From contig JBDKUN010000058.1 of assembly GCA_039679675.1 (NCBI GenBank), forward strand, positions 1 through 47,351: a DNA stretch of 47,351 nt, written 5' to 3'. Shown piece after piece: positions 1 to 7,941 of this stretch. Source of the stretch: Armatimonadota bacterium. Lineage in GTDB: Bacteria; Armatimonadota; UBA5829; DTLH01. Every line of letters begins with the position of its first letter. Within the stretch, counting starts at the first letter, position 1. A model generated the notes under the pieces. It was given only the letters and a program-made list of their open reading frames with translations. It ran no database searches and was not told the origin of the DNA. Position numbers and translations under genes: made by a program.

Positions 1-121
1 GCATCTCCTTACAAGATTACTCCTCTCTCTGCCGTCTATAACAGAGATCGGAAGATTAGCTGAGGTGAGTCAGTTTTCGACGCCGATTATGCCCTCAGAT
101 GGGTCATTATTGCATGCCGAT

Positions 122-193
122 TTACAGGTACTTGCGAAATGCGCGGTAGAGGCGCTCTATGGATAGATTCAGTTGTATACGTTCTTCGTTCAT
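122..193 (-). pseudogene. 23-codon ORF coupled to the hen1 stop (MNEERIQLNLSIERLYRAFRKYL*), probable truncated gene relic
   Basis: ATGA overlap with the hen1 stop; reads like a normal protein N-terminus, then stops early. Confidence 0.35.
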
Positions 194-1593
194 TGTGTTT
201 TTTCGAACACCGCCATCTGCGTAGGTGCGCCGACATCTGCGTCTTCAGGGCCGACAGGCAGGAACCGCACGCTATAGCCGAAACGTTCTCCGATGCCGTT
301 AGCCCAAGTTGTGAACTCATCCCGCGTCCACTCGAAGCGGTGGTCACGGTGGCGCATCTTCCCCGCGGGCAGGCTCTCCCACTTCACGTTATACTCTGCG
401 TTGGGAGTCGTGAGCACCACTGTTCCTGGTTTTGCGAACTCGAAAAGCACCCTCTCGAATGCTGCAAGCCGTGCAAAATCCATATGCTCTATAACTTCGA
501 CCACCGCAGCCGCGTCGTAGCCTTCCAGCCGCTTGTCTCTGTAGATAAGCGACCCATGCAGGAGCTTGATACGCTCTCGCTGCATTGGGGCCATCTTGTC
601 CAGCCGCAGCTTGTCCTGTGCTTTTTCAAGAGTCCGGTACGACACATCCACGCCTGTTATCTCAACGAATTCTTTGTCCTTAAGCAGTGCTTCTATCAGC
701 TTTCCTTCGCCGCATCCGAGGTCGAGCACCCGTTTTGCCCCGGCAGACTTGAGTGCAGCGACTACAGTGCCGATTCTCTGCTCGTTCAGGCTGATCTTCT
801 CCTCGATAATCTCTTCTTCCTGAGCGGCAGCCTCTTCAACGGTGTCAGGATCGGGCGTATCTTCTTCCATAAGCTGTGCCATCGCTTGGCTCATCAAGTT
901 TCGGCGGTGAAGCAGGTAGCGTTTCACTATCAGGTCTTTTTCCGGGTGAGATGCGAGCCAGTTTTCACCGTGTGTGAGAAGCTTATCCACCTCATCCTTC
1001 CCGACCCAGTAGTGTTTGTCATCGTCCAGGACCGGAATTAGGACATAAAGATGTATAAGCAGTTCGCTGAGCCTGCATGTCTTCTCTAGAGTAACGGTAA
1101 AATACGCGCTCTCGCCCCAGCCGGGGTATTTTTCGTCCAGTTGATACCCTTCAGCCGTTACCGAGTAGCCCAGAGGCTCGAACAGTCGCCGCAGCAGGTC
1201 TTCACCGCCTCGGCAGGGAACAACAGACAGCTTCGCAACAAGAGGAATCTCAGAATCTGCGAGTTCAGGCTTCGCGGAGCATTTACCACTCATCGCAGTC
1301 CCAAAAACGCGGGAAATTGCGTTGCTTAAGAACGATGATGCTACATATGGCCGCTCGTTTACGTACTGGCCGAGCGCGAAGCTCTCCGGCCCATTCTTTC
1401 TGCCGCGAACAAGAGCAACAGGGTCAACATCCAAAAGAAGTGCCGCCGTGCAGCGTTCTTCCGTTGCCTCAGGATAGAAGACGTGAGCCTTGCCGAACGC
1501 CAGCTCGAACACTTGCGCCCTCGCAGGGTTTTTGTGCAGCAAATAGCCGAGATCTGTGGCCGGTGAATGTGTTGTTGTGATAGTTAGAAGCAT
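190..1593 (-). CDS. hen1: 3'-terminal RNA ribose 2'-O-methyltransferase Hen1 (bacterial Pnkp-Hen1 RNA repair)
   Basis: N-terminus MLLTITTT..PATDLGYLLHKNP is typical of bacterial Hen1; C-terminal MTase has the SAM motif VLDLGCGEG, metal-binding EVIEH, PNAEYN and RHRDHRFEW. Confidence 0.95.
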   Translation of the reverse strand: MLLTITTTHSPATDLGYLLHKNPARAQVFELAFGKAHVFYPEATEERCTAALLLDVDPVALVRGRKNGPESFALGQYVNERPYVASSFLSNAISRVFGTAMSGKCSAKPELADSEIPLVAKLSVVPCRGGEDLLRRLFEPLGYSVTAEGYQLDEKYPGWGESAYFTVTLEKTCRLSELLIHLYVLIPVLDDDKHYWVGKDEVDKLLTHGENWLASHPEKDLIVKRYLLHRRNLMSQAMAQLMEEDTPDPDTVEEAAAQEEEIIEEKISLNEQRIGTVVAALKSAGAKRVLDLGCGEGKLIEALLKDKEFVEITGVDVSYRTLEKAQDKLRLDKMAPMQRERIKLLHGSLIYRDKRLEGYDAAAVVEVIEHMDFARLAAFERVLFEFAKPGTVVLTTPNAEYNVKWESLPAGKMRHRDHRFEWTRDEFTTWANGIGERFGYSVRFLPVGPEDADVGAPTQMAVFEKTQ

Positions 1594-1743
1594 ATTTTAT
1601 AGTTTGTGTCAGACTGCCAGGATTCCTGCTTTCAGTCGGGAACAAAATACGATCGTTTTTATCTGTTTTGCAAAAATCATGCGGGGGTAACACGACAAAG
1701 GTACGTAAATAATTACTGCATATTTTGCAAGGAGGATTGGGTT

Positions 1744-2262
1744 ATGTATCATCACGGAACGGAATGCCCTGTCTGCGGACACGGGGTGGGGTATGGTCAC
1801 CACATGGGCGGCTTCGGAATGATGAAATGCAGGGGCAAAGGCATGAAGGCTATGTTCAAGATAATGGCTTGGAAGATCATCAAGCATAGTGATGAAATCG
1901 GCCTCAGCGAAGAACAAATCGAGTCACTTCGCAACAGAAAAATTGAAGCATTAAAACAGATGATCCAGTTCAAATGCCAGATCAAGATGAACATGCTCGA
2001 TGTCAAAAATGCCGTGATGCGTGAAGAGATCGACATGCCCACCGCTGAGTCCAAAATCAGGGAGATCGGAAAGCTCAAAAGCGATAAATACATCGCCATG
2101 ATACAGGCAATGCAGGATATGCGGAATATCCTTACTCCCGAACAGCGAATGAAGGTCAAAGAAATGATCATGGGCTGGTTCAAAAAAGGCGGAATGAGCG
2201 AATCTGAAGGGGAAGAGGAAGAAGAAGACGAAGAAGAGGAAGGCGAAGAGTCGGAAGAATAG
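1744..2262 (+). CDS. Spy/CpxP/ZraP-like (LTXXQ) helical protein with His/Cys-rich N-terminus and acidic tail
   Basis: RBS AAGGAGG before ATG 1744; LSEEQ and LTPEQR motifs; CPVC and His residues at the N-terminus; poly-Glu C-terminus. Confidence 0.75.
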   Translation: MYHHGTECPVCGHGVGYGHHMGGFGMMKCRGKGMKAMFKIMAWKIIKHSDEIGLSEEQIESLRNRKIEALKQMIQFKCQIKMNMLDVKNAVMREEIDMPTAESKIREIGKLKSDKYIAMIQAMQDMRNILTPEQRMKVKEMIMGWFKKGGMSESEGEEEEEDEEEEGEESEE

Positions 2263-2278
2263 ATTAGGGCAGGTGGAT

Positions 2279-2328
2279 AACGGAGTCATCAGCTTGCTCC
2301 CGGCGCTGCTGCTGACTCCGTTTTGTTT
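2279..2328 (+). terminator. Intrinsic terminator
   Basis: Stem AACGGAGTCA...TGACTCCGTT followed by a T-rich run just after the stop at 2262. Confidence 0.7.
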
Positions 2329-2413
2329 ATAAATACCGGCGGGTAATCAATAGAATAAACTTTTCAGGTATTGGAAACCTTGCGCATATCGACACGTCTA
2401 TACCCTTATGTTG

Positions 2414-2422
2414 TGATATAAT
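2414..2422 (+). promoter_or_regulatory. Extended -10 promoter element (TGaTATAAT)
   Basis: Consensus TGnTATAAT about 30 nt upstream of ATG 2453. Confidence 0.55.
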
Positions 2423-2452
2423 GCGGCTAACCATGCAGGGGAGGCGATTCGG

Positions 2453-2737
2453 ATGCCTATAGAAGATGTTGAGATGACTCGAATGGTTCGACGAGAGATC
2501 AGCCGAAGGTACGTGGATTGCACTAGCGTGGATATCAGGGTGATGCATGGTGTCGTGTATCTGCGAGGTTTTCTGAAAAAGCTACAAGGGCATGACAGCG
2601 ATTTGAACCTGGAGATGGAAACAATTCTTCGCATTCTTCGGCAGAAACCGGGTATACGCGAGATAATCAGCGAACTGGAGATCGGCGGTCCGGGGCTTCG
2701 CGATCATGTAAAATCATCGCAGCGTAACACACATTGA
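2453..2737 (+). CDS. Small BON-domain-like protein
   Basis: RBS GGAGG; VDIRVMHGVVYLRG...PGIREIISEL pattern resembles a BON domain. Confidence 0.65.
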   Translation: MPIEDVEMTRMVRREISRRYVDCTSVDIRVMHGVVYLRGFLKKLQGHDSDLNLEMETILRILRQKPGIREIISELEIGGPGLRDHVKSSQRNTH

Positions 2738-4462
2738 TCAGGGAGTAACGTCTACCGTCTTCTCTCTTTCGTAGATCACATAGCCCGGCGCGGCTGCTCG
2801 CGGCTTACGAACAAACTTCTTCAATGTATAATCCACCGGCACCAGGCTGGAATGACGTGCATCACTGTTCTTCGCAGCAACCTCGGCAGCCTGCCTCAAC
2901 GTCGTCGGAGGGACCCTGTCAGGCTTATTTGCCGTTCTCACCACAACATGCGCCCCTTTTACCGATCTGGCATGGAACCACAAGTCGTTGGGGCGAGCCA
3001 CCTTTGTCGTGAGATAATCGTTCGACTGGCTGTTTTCGCCGTAGAGTATTTCCAGCCCGTCTACGGACATAAATCTTCTGATCTTCGCTGTCCCGAACTC
3101 AGGCGTTTCACGTTTCCCAGCTTTTTCATGCTGCGGCTCCGCTCTGAGGAGTCCCCGCTCGACCAGCATCTTCCTTAAAGCCTTCAAAGCGTCCGCTGAT
3201 ACCGCCGACGGCAGCTTTTCCTGAGCGGTCTCGAGAATCTTTACCTCAGTCCCCAGTTCCTTCTGCCTGTCAATGGCCGCATCGGCCCCTTCGGCGGCTT
3301 TACGGTAGCGGCGGAAGTAACGCTCGGCATTTTCCTTCGGAGTCAGCTTCTCATCGAGCGGAATGTCGATCACAGGCATTTCCTGGTCGTAATAATCCGT
3401 TACCTGCGCCTTATTCTGCCCCTTTTCAAGGGTTGCTATGCCTGCAAGGATCAATTCACCAAACTGCTTGTACCGTTCCGCCTTTTCGCCTTCCAGAAGC
3501 GCCTTTTCAGCATCTTTAAGCATCTGCTCCCGCCAGGCGATAGAACGGCGAACGGCGGTCTCAAGCGACGAGTAGACCGTATCATACTCGTTTCGCCTGA
3601 TGAGATCACGGTAGAGGGTATCCAGTGTCTCGTTGATCGAGATTCTTTCGTGCTGATTAGCAGCAGGCAATTGCTTGACGGATATCGGATAGGCGTAAAC
3701 AGCCGCCCCGCGATCATCGGTTATGAGTCTGGGAGAGTACTCGTTCTCCGTCACGGTCTGACGGAGCCCTTGAAGTGCGTCTCTTACGGAATCCGGCGTC
3801 GGATTATCACCTGACCGCAGTAATATCTCTTCCGCAAGGAACGGCCCGACGCCGCTGAACGCCGCTACCAGCCATCGCTTAATCTCATCAACAGCCGGAG
3901 ACTCTCCCAGGCCGTCTCGACGGAGCGATTCGAACTCTTCTCGTGTTATCGTTACAGGATCAGCCTTGGTACCACCGGGAGGCGGCATATACTCCAGCCC
4001 CGGCAACACCTGCCGGTAACGGCTGACGGACGCAGTGATGTTTTTTGCAGCGCCAAGAATCCTTCCCGAATCTGAGACTAAAATCAGGTTGCTGTGCCTG
4101 CCCATCAGCTCCAATATAAGAGTATTTCTGTTGCCGTCCGCAGCTTCAGTGTGGATTTTGACGACCCGGTCGAACCCGGCCTGCTCTACGGATGCTATAA
4201 ATGCCCCCTTGAGGTATTTTCTGAGGAGCATGCAAAAATTCAAGGCAGTCTTTGGAACCGGCAGGTTCGACGCGGTCGTATGAATTCGCGCGAACTTCGC
4301 ATCTACTGACATAAAAAGAAGGTATGACTTCCCATTATTTCTTATGTCGAGTGTAATGTCCGTATCGTTGTGCTGCCTGATATTCTGTATCGGCCCACCC
4401 TGTATCCATTTTTTAAGCTCCGCGACTACCGCTGCAAGCACAAGCCCATCATAAGTCATCAT
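2738..4462 (-). CDS. rqcH: RqcH / NFACT (FbpA/Rqc2 family) ribosome quality-control factor
   Basis: FCMLLRKYL, FDRVV and LELMGRHSN (NFACT-N); ENAERYFRRYRK; C-terminal NFACT-R WFHARSVKGAHVV and VDYT..KFVRKP. Confidence 0.93.
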   Translation of the reverse strand: MMTYDGLVLAAVVAELKKWIQGGPIQNIRQHNDTDITLDIRNNGKSYLLFMSVDAKFARIHTTASNLPVPKTALNFCMLLRKYLKGAFIASVEQAGFDRVVKIHTEAADGNRNTLILELMGRHSNLILVSDSGRILGAAKNITASVSRYRQVLPGLEYMPPPGGTKADPVTITREEFESLRRDGLGESPAVDEIKRWLVAAFSGVGPFLAEEILLRSGDNPTPDSVRDALQGLRQTVTENEYSPRLITDDRGAAVYAYPISVKQLPAANQHERISINETLDTLYRDLIRRNEYDTVYSSLETAVRRSIAWREQMLKDAEKALLEGEKAERYKQFGELILAGIATLEKGQNKAQVTDYYDQEMPVIDIPLDEKLTPKENAERYFRRYRKAAEGADAAIDRQKELGTEVKILETAQEKLPSAVSADALKALRKMLVERGLLRAEPQHEKAGKRETPEFGTAKIRRFMSVDGLEILYGENSQSNDYLTTKVARPNDLWFHARSVKGAHVVVRTANKPDRVPPTTLRQAAEVAAKNSDARHSSLVPVDYTLKKFVRKPRAAAPGYVIYEREKTVDVTP

Positions 4463-4471
4463 AGCGAGGCT

Positions 4472-4500
4472 ATCTTACCATATATGCTCAGGTTTTTGAA
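4472..4500 (-). promoter_or_regulatory. sigma70-type promoter for rqcH (near-leaderless)
   Basis: TTCAAA-17 nt-(TGg)TAAGAT, 9 nt before the ATG, with no SD. Confidence 0.5.
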
Positions 4501-4544
4501 CCACGGAGAGAAGCACGGCCGCACTACTCCGCACGCGCGTTTGC

Positions 4545-4572
4545 TTGACATTAAGGCGTTCTCTGGTATAAT
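4545..4572 (+). promoter_or_regulatory. sigma70 promoter of tRNA-Arg
   Basis: TTGACA-16 nt-TATAAT with extended TG. Confidence 0.85.
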
Positions 4573-4586
4573 GTTTGTGCTGATAT

Positions 4587-4661
4587 GCCCTCGTAGCTCA
4601 GTGGATAGAGCACCGGCCTCCGGAGCCGGGAGCGGAGGTTCGATCCCTCTCGAGGGCGCCA
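4587..4661 (+). tRNA. tRNA-Arg (anticodon CCG)
   Basis: Acceptor stem GCCCTCG/CGAGGGC, D arm GCTCAGTGGATAGAGC, anticodon stem CCGGC/GCCGG with loop CTCCGGA, GGTTCGATCC T arm, encoded CCA. Confidence 0.97.
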
Positions 4662-4674
4662 GTTTTGTTACTTC

Positions 4675-4698
4675 AGGCCTCCCGCAGTGGGGTCTTTT
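4675..4698 (+). terminator. Probable intrinsic terminator after the tRNA
   Basis: AGGCCTC-loop-GGGGTCT stem (two GU pairs) followed by Ts. Confidence 0.45.
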
Positions 4699-4813
4699 CT
4701 ATTATTCCTGCCTGCGGATTCTGTCCAGGCCAGGGTTAAGGCGATCCTTGCCCTTGCTTGTACGGAGCAAGCACAACCGCTCTTAATGGCAGGATGCTAC
4801 AGGTCGATGCCGT

Positions 4814-5944
4814 ATGGTCGAGACTTACGAAACATTACTGTATCACCAGAAACAAGCGCTGCAGTCCTGGCAAAACGCTGCCAGCGCTGCTTCTGCCCCG
4901 ACAGGTTCCGAAATCAGGAAACTCGTCTGGGAACTGCTGGTCCTTTGCGCTGATAACCTCACGAATCCTTCCATCGACAATGATGACGAAATTTCCGATA
5001 TCGCCGGTGATCTCGCGTCCCTGGTGCTCAAATCGGCCGATGTAAGAACGCTGAATTCGATCTATAGAGACGCGTTAATCGAAGCAGTCCTGCAGCATAT
5101 TCCTGAAAACCAGCAGTTTATGCAGCGGATGATCCACTTTTCCAACCTTGTATCGGACGCTTTCCGCGAAGTCTATACGGACAAGCTGCGGCGTTTGATC
5201 AGCAAACAAAAAACATCCAGAATCTCCGAAGAGCTTATACTTGCAAAACGCATTCAGGAAAGGCTTTTGCCCAAGGCTATACCGCAAGTCCCCGGATTTC
5301 AGATAGCCGGAAGGGTTATCCCTGCGCTGGAAGTCGGCGGTGACTATTGGAGCGTAAAATACTACGAAGAAGACGGCGTCGTCACGATGAAACTGGCTGA
5401 TATTACAGGCCATGGTATAGCTGCCGCGACACTGGTCGCTGCGGTGAAGTTCATCTCCGGCGGCTATTATCGCGGCGCAAAATCGGCCCATGAGGTCATG
5501 GAGAGGACAAACCGCACCCTTGTATTGGAGACTCCGGTCGAAATCCTCGTCACGATGGTCTACTGCTGGCTTTATCCTGATACGAAAGAGATCGATATCG
5601 TTAATGCAGGCCACGAACCTGTTTTCATATGCAACGACGGTCTCTGCATCGATATTTTACCGACCGGCCCGGTGCTCGGTGTCGAACAGGCAGACTATGG
5701 TGAAAAACGGCTGAAGCTGGAAGCCGGAGACATCCTGTTTTTCTGTTCAGATGGAATCACTGAAGCCGGAATCGGAGAACCCTTCGGCACGGCAAGGGTA
5801 AAAGATCTGGTCATCCAGAACAAGGACCGGACCGCTGAGGAGATCGCTGATGCCGTTATCAAGGCTGTTACCGATTATGTCGGACAGTCCCATGATGATA
5901 TGTCGCTCGTTGTGCTAAAGGCAGTATCTGATGAGTCTTCGTAG
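4814..5944 (+). CDS. PP2C/SpoIIE-family (RsbU-like) Ser/Thr phosphatase
   Basis: LAKRIQERLLP, EVGGDY, ADITGHGIAAA, NAGHEP, SDGITEA and DDMSLVV motifs. Confidence 0.92.
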   Translation: MVETYETLLYHQKQALQSWQNAASAASAPTGSEIRKLVWELLVLCADNLTNPSIDNDDEISDIAGDLASLVLKSADVRTLNSIYRDALIEAVLQHIPENQQFMQRMIHFSNLVSDAFREVYTDKLRRLISKQKTSRISEELILAKRIQERLLPKAIPQVPGFQIAGRVIPALEVGGDYWSVKYYEEDGVVTMKLADITGHGIAAATLVAAVKFISGGYYRGAKSAHEVMERTNRTLVLETPVEILVTMVYCWLYPDTKEIDIVNAGHEPVFICNDGLCIDILPTGPVLGVEQADYGEKRLKLEAGDILFFCSDGITEAGIGEPFGTARVKDLVIQNKDRTAEEIADAVIKAVTDYVGQSHDDMSLVVLKAVSDESS

Positions 5945-6869
5945 CATTATTATAATGCTTTCGTTACTTTGCCTTACCGCTTCGGCGGCTTCCGCGCGAA
6001 TTGTTTCGTTATCGGGAACCACCTACACCAAACACTTCATCATCCATCACCGTTCTGACTCCAGAAGTAACGCTCAGGTAGTCGGCGAGGCTTCGGAACT
6101 GTGGTACAGGGAGATAAGCTCACGGCTGCATATCACGAAACCACTGCTCCAGCCTATACCGATGTACCTCTACCGCAATCAGAAGGACTTTTCAGACGCT
6201 ACCGGGTACGAAAAGCCGGGCCATGCTCTGGGCAGGGCATCGACGAAGGGCTACATCGACCTCGACTCTTCAGGTATCTTCGCTCCGGCAGGGCAAGTCG
6301 CAGGACATGAGATCGTCCATGTCCTTATATTTCACATACTGGAAGGCGACGCCAATCTACTGCCTTTGTGGATGAACGAGGGCGCTGCTAAATTTATGAC
6401 AAAGGACTGGGACACGGTCGATGCAACAATTCTTGCCGATGCCGCCACCGACGGCAGCTTGATGCCGCTGTCCACACTCAACCACCGATTCCCCAACGGA
6501 CCGCGGGAAACCCTGGCTTACACTGAAAGTGCTTCCGCAGTCAGATATATTGTGGATAAATACGGAGAAAAATCTCTTGCCGAACTGATCCATAAAACAG
6601 CGGAGACCAGATCGTTCGAAAAAGCGATGATCGATGTAACCGGAGTATCCGTCAGTGAGTTCGAGCAAAAGTGGCAGAGAAGTGTGGAAGGATACCACCC
6701 TGTTTTGCAGATCATAAGGACCGTAGCGGTTATAGGCGGGCTCGTTATGCCTCTTCTGGCAATAGCCGCCTATCTGGCGCTCCGGCGGCGAAAACAACGG
6801 ATCATTGATCAATACGAGCAGGATGAGTGGGAAGAAGCCAATTGGAAAGACTGGGGAGGCGGGAGCTAA
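5931..6869 (+). CDS. Peptidase MA-clan (gluzincin-like) metallohydrolase with signal peptide and C-terminal TM anchor
   Basis: Signal peptide; HEIVH...PLWMNEG...LAY motifs; TM helix followed by RRRK. Confidence 0.85.
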   Translation: MSLRSIIIMLSLLCLTASAASARIVSLSGTTYTKHFIIHHRSDSRSNAQVVGEASELWYREISSRLHITKPLLQPIPMYLYRNQKDFSDATGYEKPGHALGRASTKGYIDLDSSGIFAPAGQVAGHEIVHVLIFHILEGDANLLPLWMNEGAAKFMTKDWDTVDATILADAATDGSLMPLSTLNHRFPNGPRETLAYTESASAVRYIVDKYGEKSLAELIHKTAETRSFEKAMIDVTGVSVSEFEQKWQRSVEGYHPVLQIIRTVAVIGGLVMPLLAIAAYLALRRRKQRIIDQYEQDEWEEANWKDWGGGS

Positions 6870-6894
6870 CAAGAGTACTGTGCAGGATTACTGC

Positions 6895-7086
6895 TTATTC
6901 CTGCACATCAGGCTCGTGGGCCTTCCGTCCATAAACCTTTTCATAAGCCTTGCAGGCCGGGCAAATACCACCCTCCAGGGTCTTCACGAACCAGAAAACA
7001 AATCCTCTCTGATTCCGCCTCGCTTTGCGGCACACGGGACATTCCATACATTTCCGCGCCAACTCACGGTCTTTATCGGTAATCAT
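6895..7086 (-). CDS. Small Cys-rich hypothetical protein (63 aa)
   Basis: RBS AGGAG before ATG 7086; CMECPVC and CPAC motifs. Confidence 0.75.
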   Translation of the reverse strand: MITDKDRELARKCMECPVCRKARRNQRGFVFWFVKTLEGGICPACKAYEKVYGRKAHEPDVQE

Positions 7087-7135
7087 TGATTTGTTCTCCT
7101 GCACAACAAAAATGCTGACGACTGATAGCTGACAT

Positions 7136-7933
7136 CTATTGGTAATATTTCTGCTGTTCGCTGCTGTGTTCCGACAGGCTCGCAAAGTCTATTTGCCTCA
7201 ACGCCACGATGCCTGCGATACTCAAAACAAAGCCGCGCTCGCTGGCAGCCGACTCTGGATTCCTGAGCAGTTTCAGCATAAACAACCGGTCTTCCGTTGC
7301 AAGCGTAGCTATCTGTTTTAGCTGATACTCATCGAGCGAAGCAAGTGCTTCACGGGCATCACTGGACAGGTCCCCGTTCGGGTCCATATCGATTACGCGG
7401 GAAAATTCTTCTATCGCTCTCGCACAATCGCCTTTCTGCTGAAAAAGCACCGCCTTCTTAAAGTGATTCGCCGAGTCCATTGGAGCAAGACGGACCAGCC
7501 TTGACGTGACCTGAAGCGCTTCGTCGAGCATACCCTTTTGAAGATATGAAAGCCCCAGCACATCCAGTGCAAATGTATTCCGCGGATATTTTTTTAGCAA
7601 GCCCTTACTGCCGCTTATAGCCTCGTCGTACTTCCCGGCTTCGACATATATCTGAAGAAGCGCTTCTTGTGGGCTTGGGTTGCAAGGGTCGAGCTCTATG
7701 GCGCGCTCGATGGCCTTGATAGCTTCATCCATCTTTCTCTGCGCTCTGTAAAGGCCCGCCAACCTCACGCAGTGGCCCGGCTTGTCAGGAGCAAGCGCTA
7801 TCGCTTTCTCCATAGCCTGAATAGCCTCGTCGTAATTCCCCTGGCGCGTAAGCGCCGTAACACGGCGCAGATAAGCCGCCGCGCGCGCGGAGTTACCTCT
7901 CGTACTACTATTGTCACCACTGGTCTGATTCAT
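7136..7933 (-). CDS. Tetratricopeptide-repeat protein with a short C-terminal helical domain
   Basis: About five TPR units (e.g. GNYDEAIQAMEKAIALAP, KMDEAIKAIERAIELDP). Confidence 0.88.
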   Translation of the reverse strand: MNQTSGDNSSTRGNSARAAAYLRRVTALTRQGNYDEAIQAMEKAIALAPDKPGHCVRLAGLYRAQRKMDEAIKAIERAIELDPCNPSPQEALLQIYVEAGKYDEAISGSKGLLKKYPRNTFALDVLGLSYLQKGMLDEALQVTSRLVRLAPMDSANHFKKAVLFQQKGDCARAIEEFSRVIDMDPNGDLSSDAREALASLDEYQLKQIATLATEDRLFMLKLLRNPESAASERGFVLSIAGIVALRQIDFASLSEHSSEQQKYYQ

Positions 7934-7941
7934 CTTTTCAC

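Noticed and set aside
139..1041. 300-aa plus-strand ORF
   Set aside because: Antisense shadow of hen1 with no recognisable motifs.
1606..1743. N-terminal extension of the Spy-like ORF
   Set aside because: A strong SD points to ATG 1744; the extension covers the divergent promoter region.
2205..2259. GAA/GAG-rich low-complexity tract
   Set aside because: It encodes the poly-Glu tail and is not a separate repeat element.
4370..4786. 138-aa ORF
   Set aside because: Overlaps the tRNA-Arg gene and its promoter; spurious.
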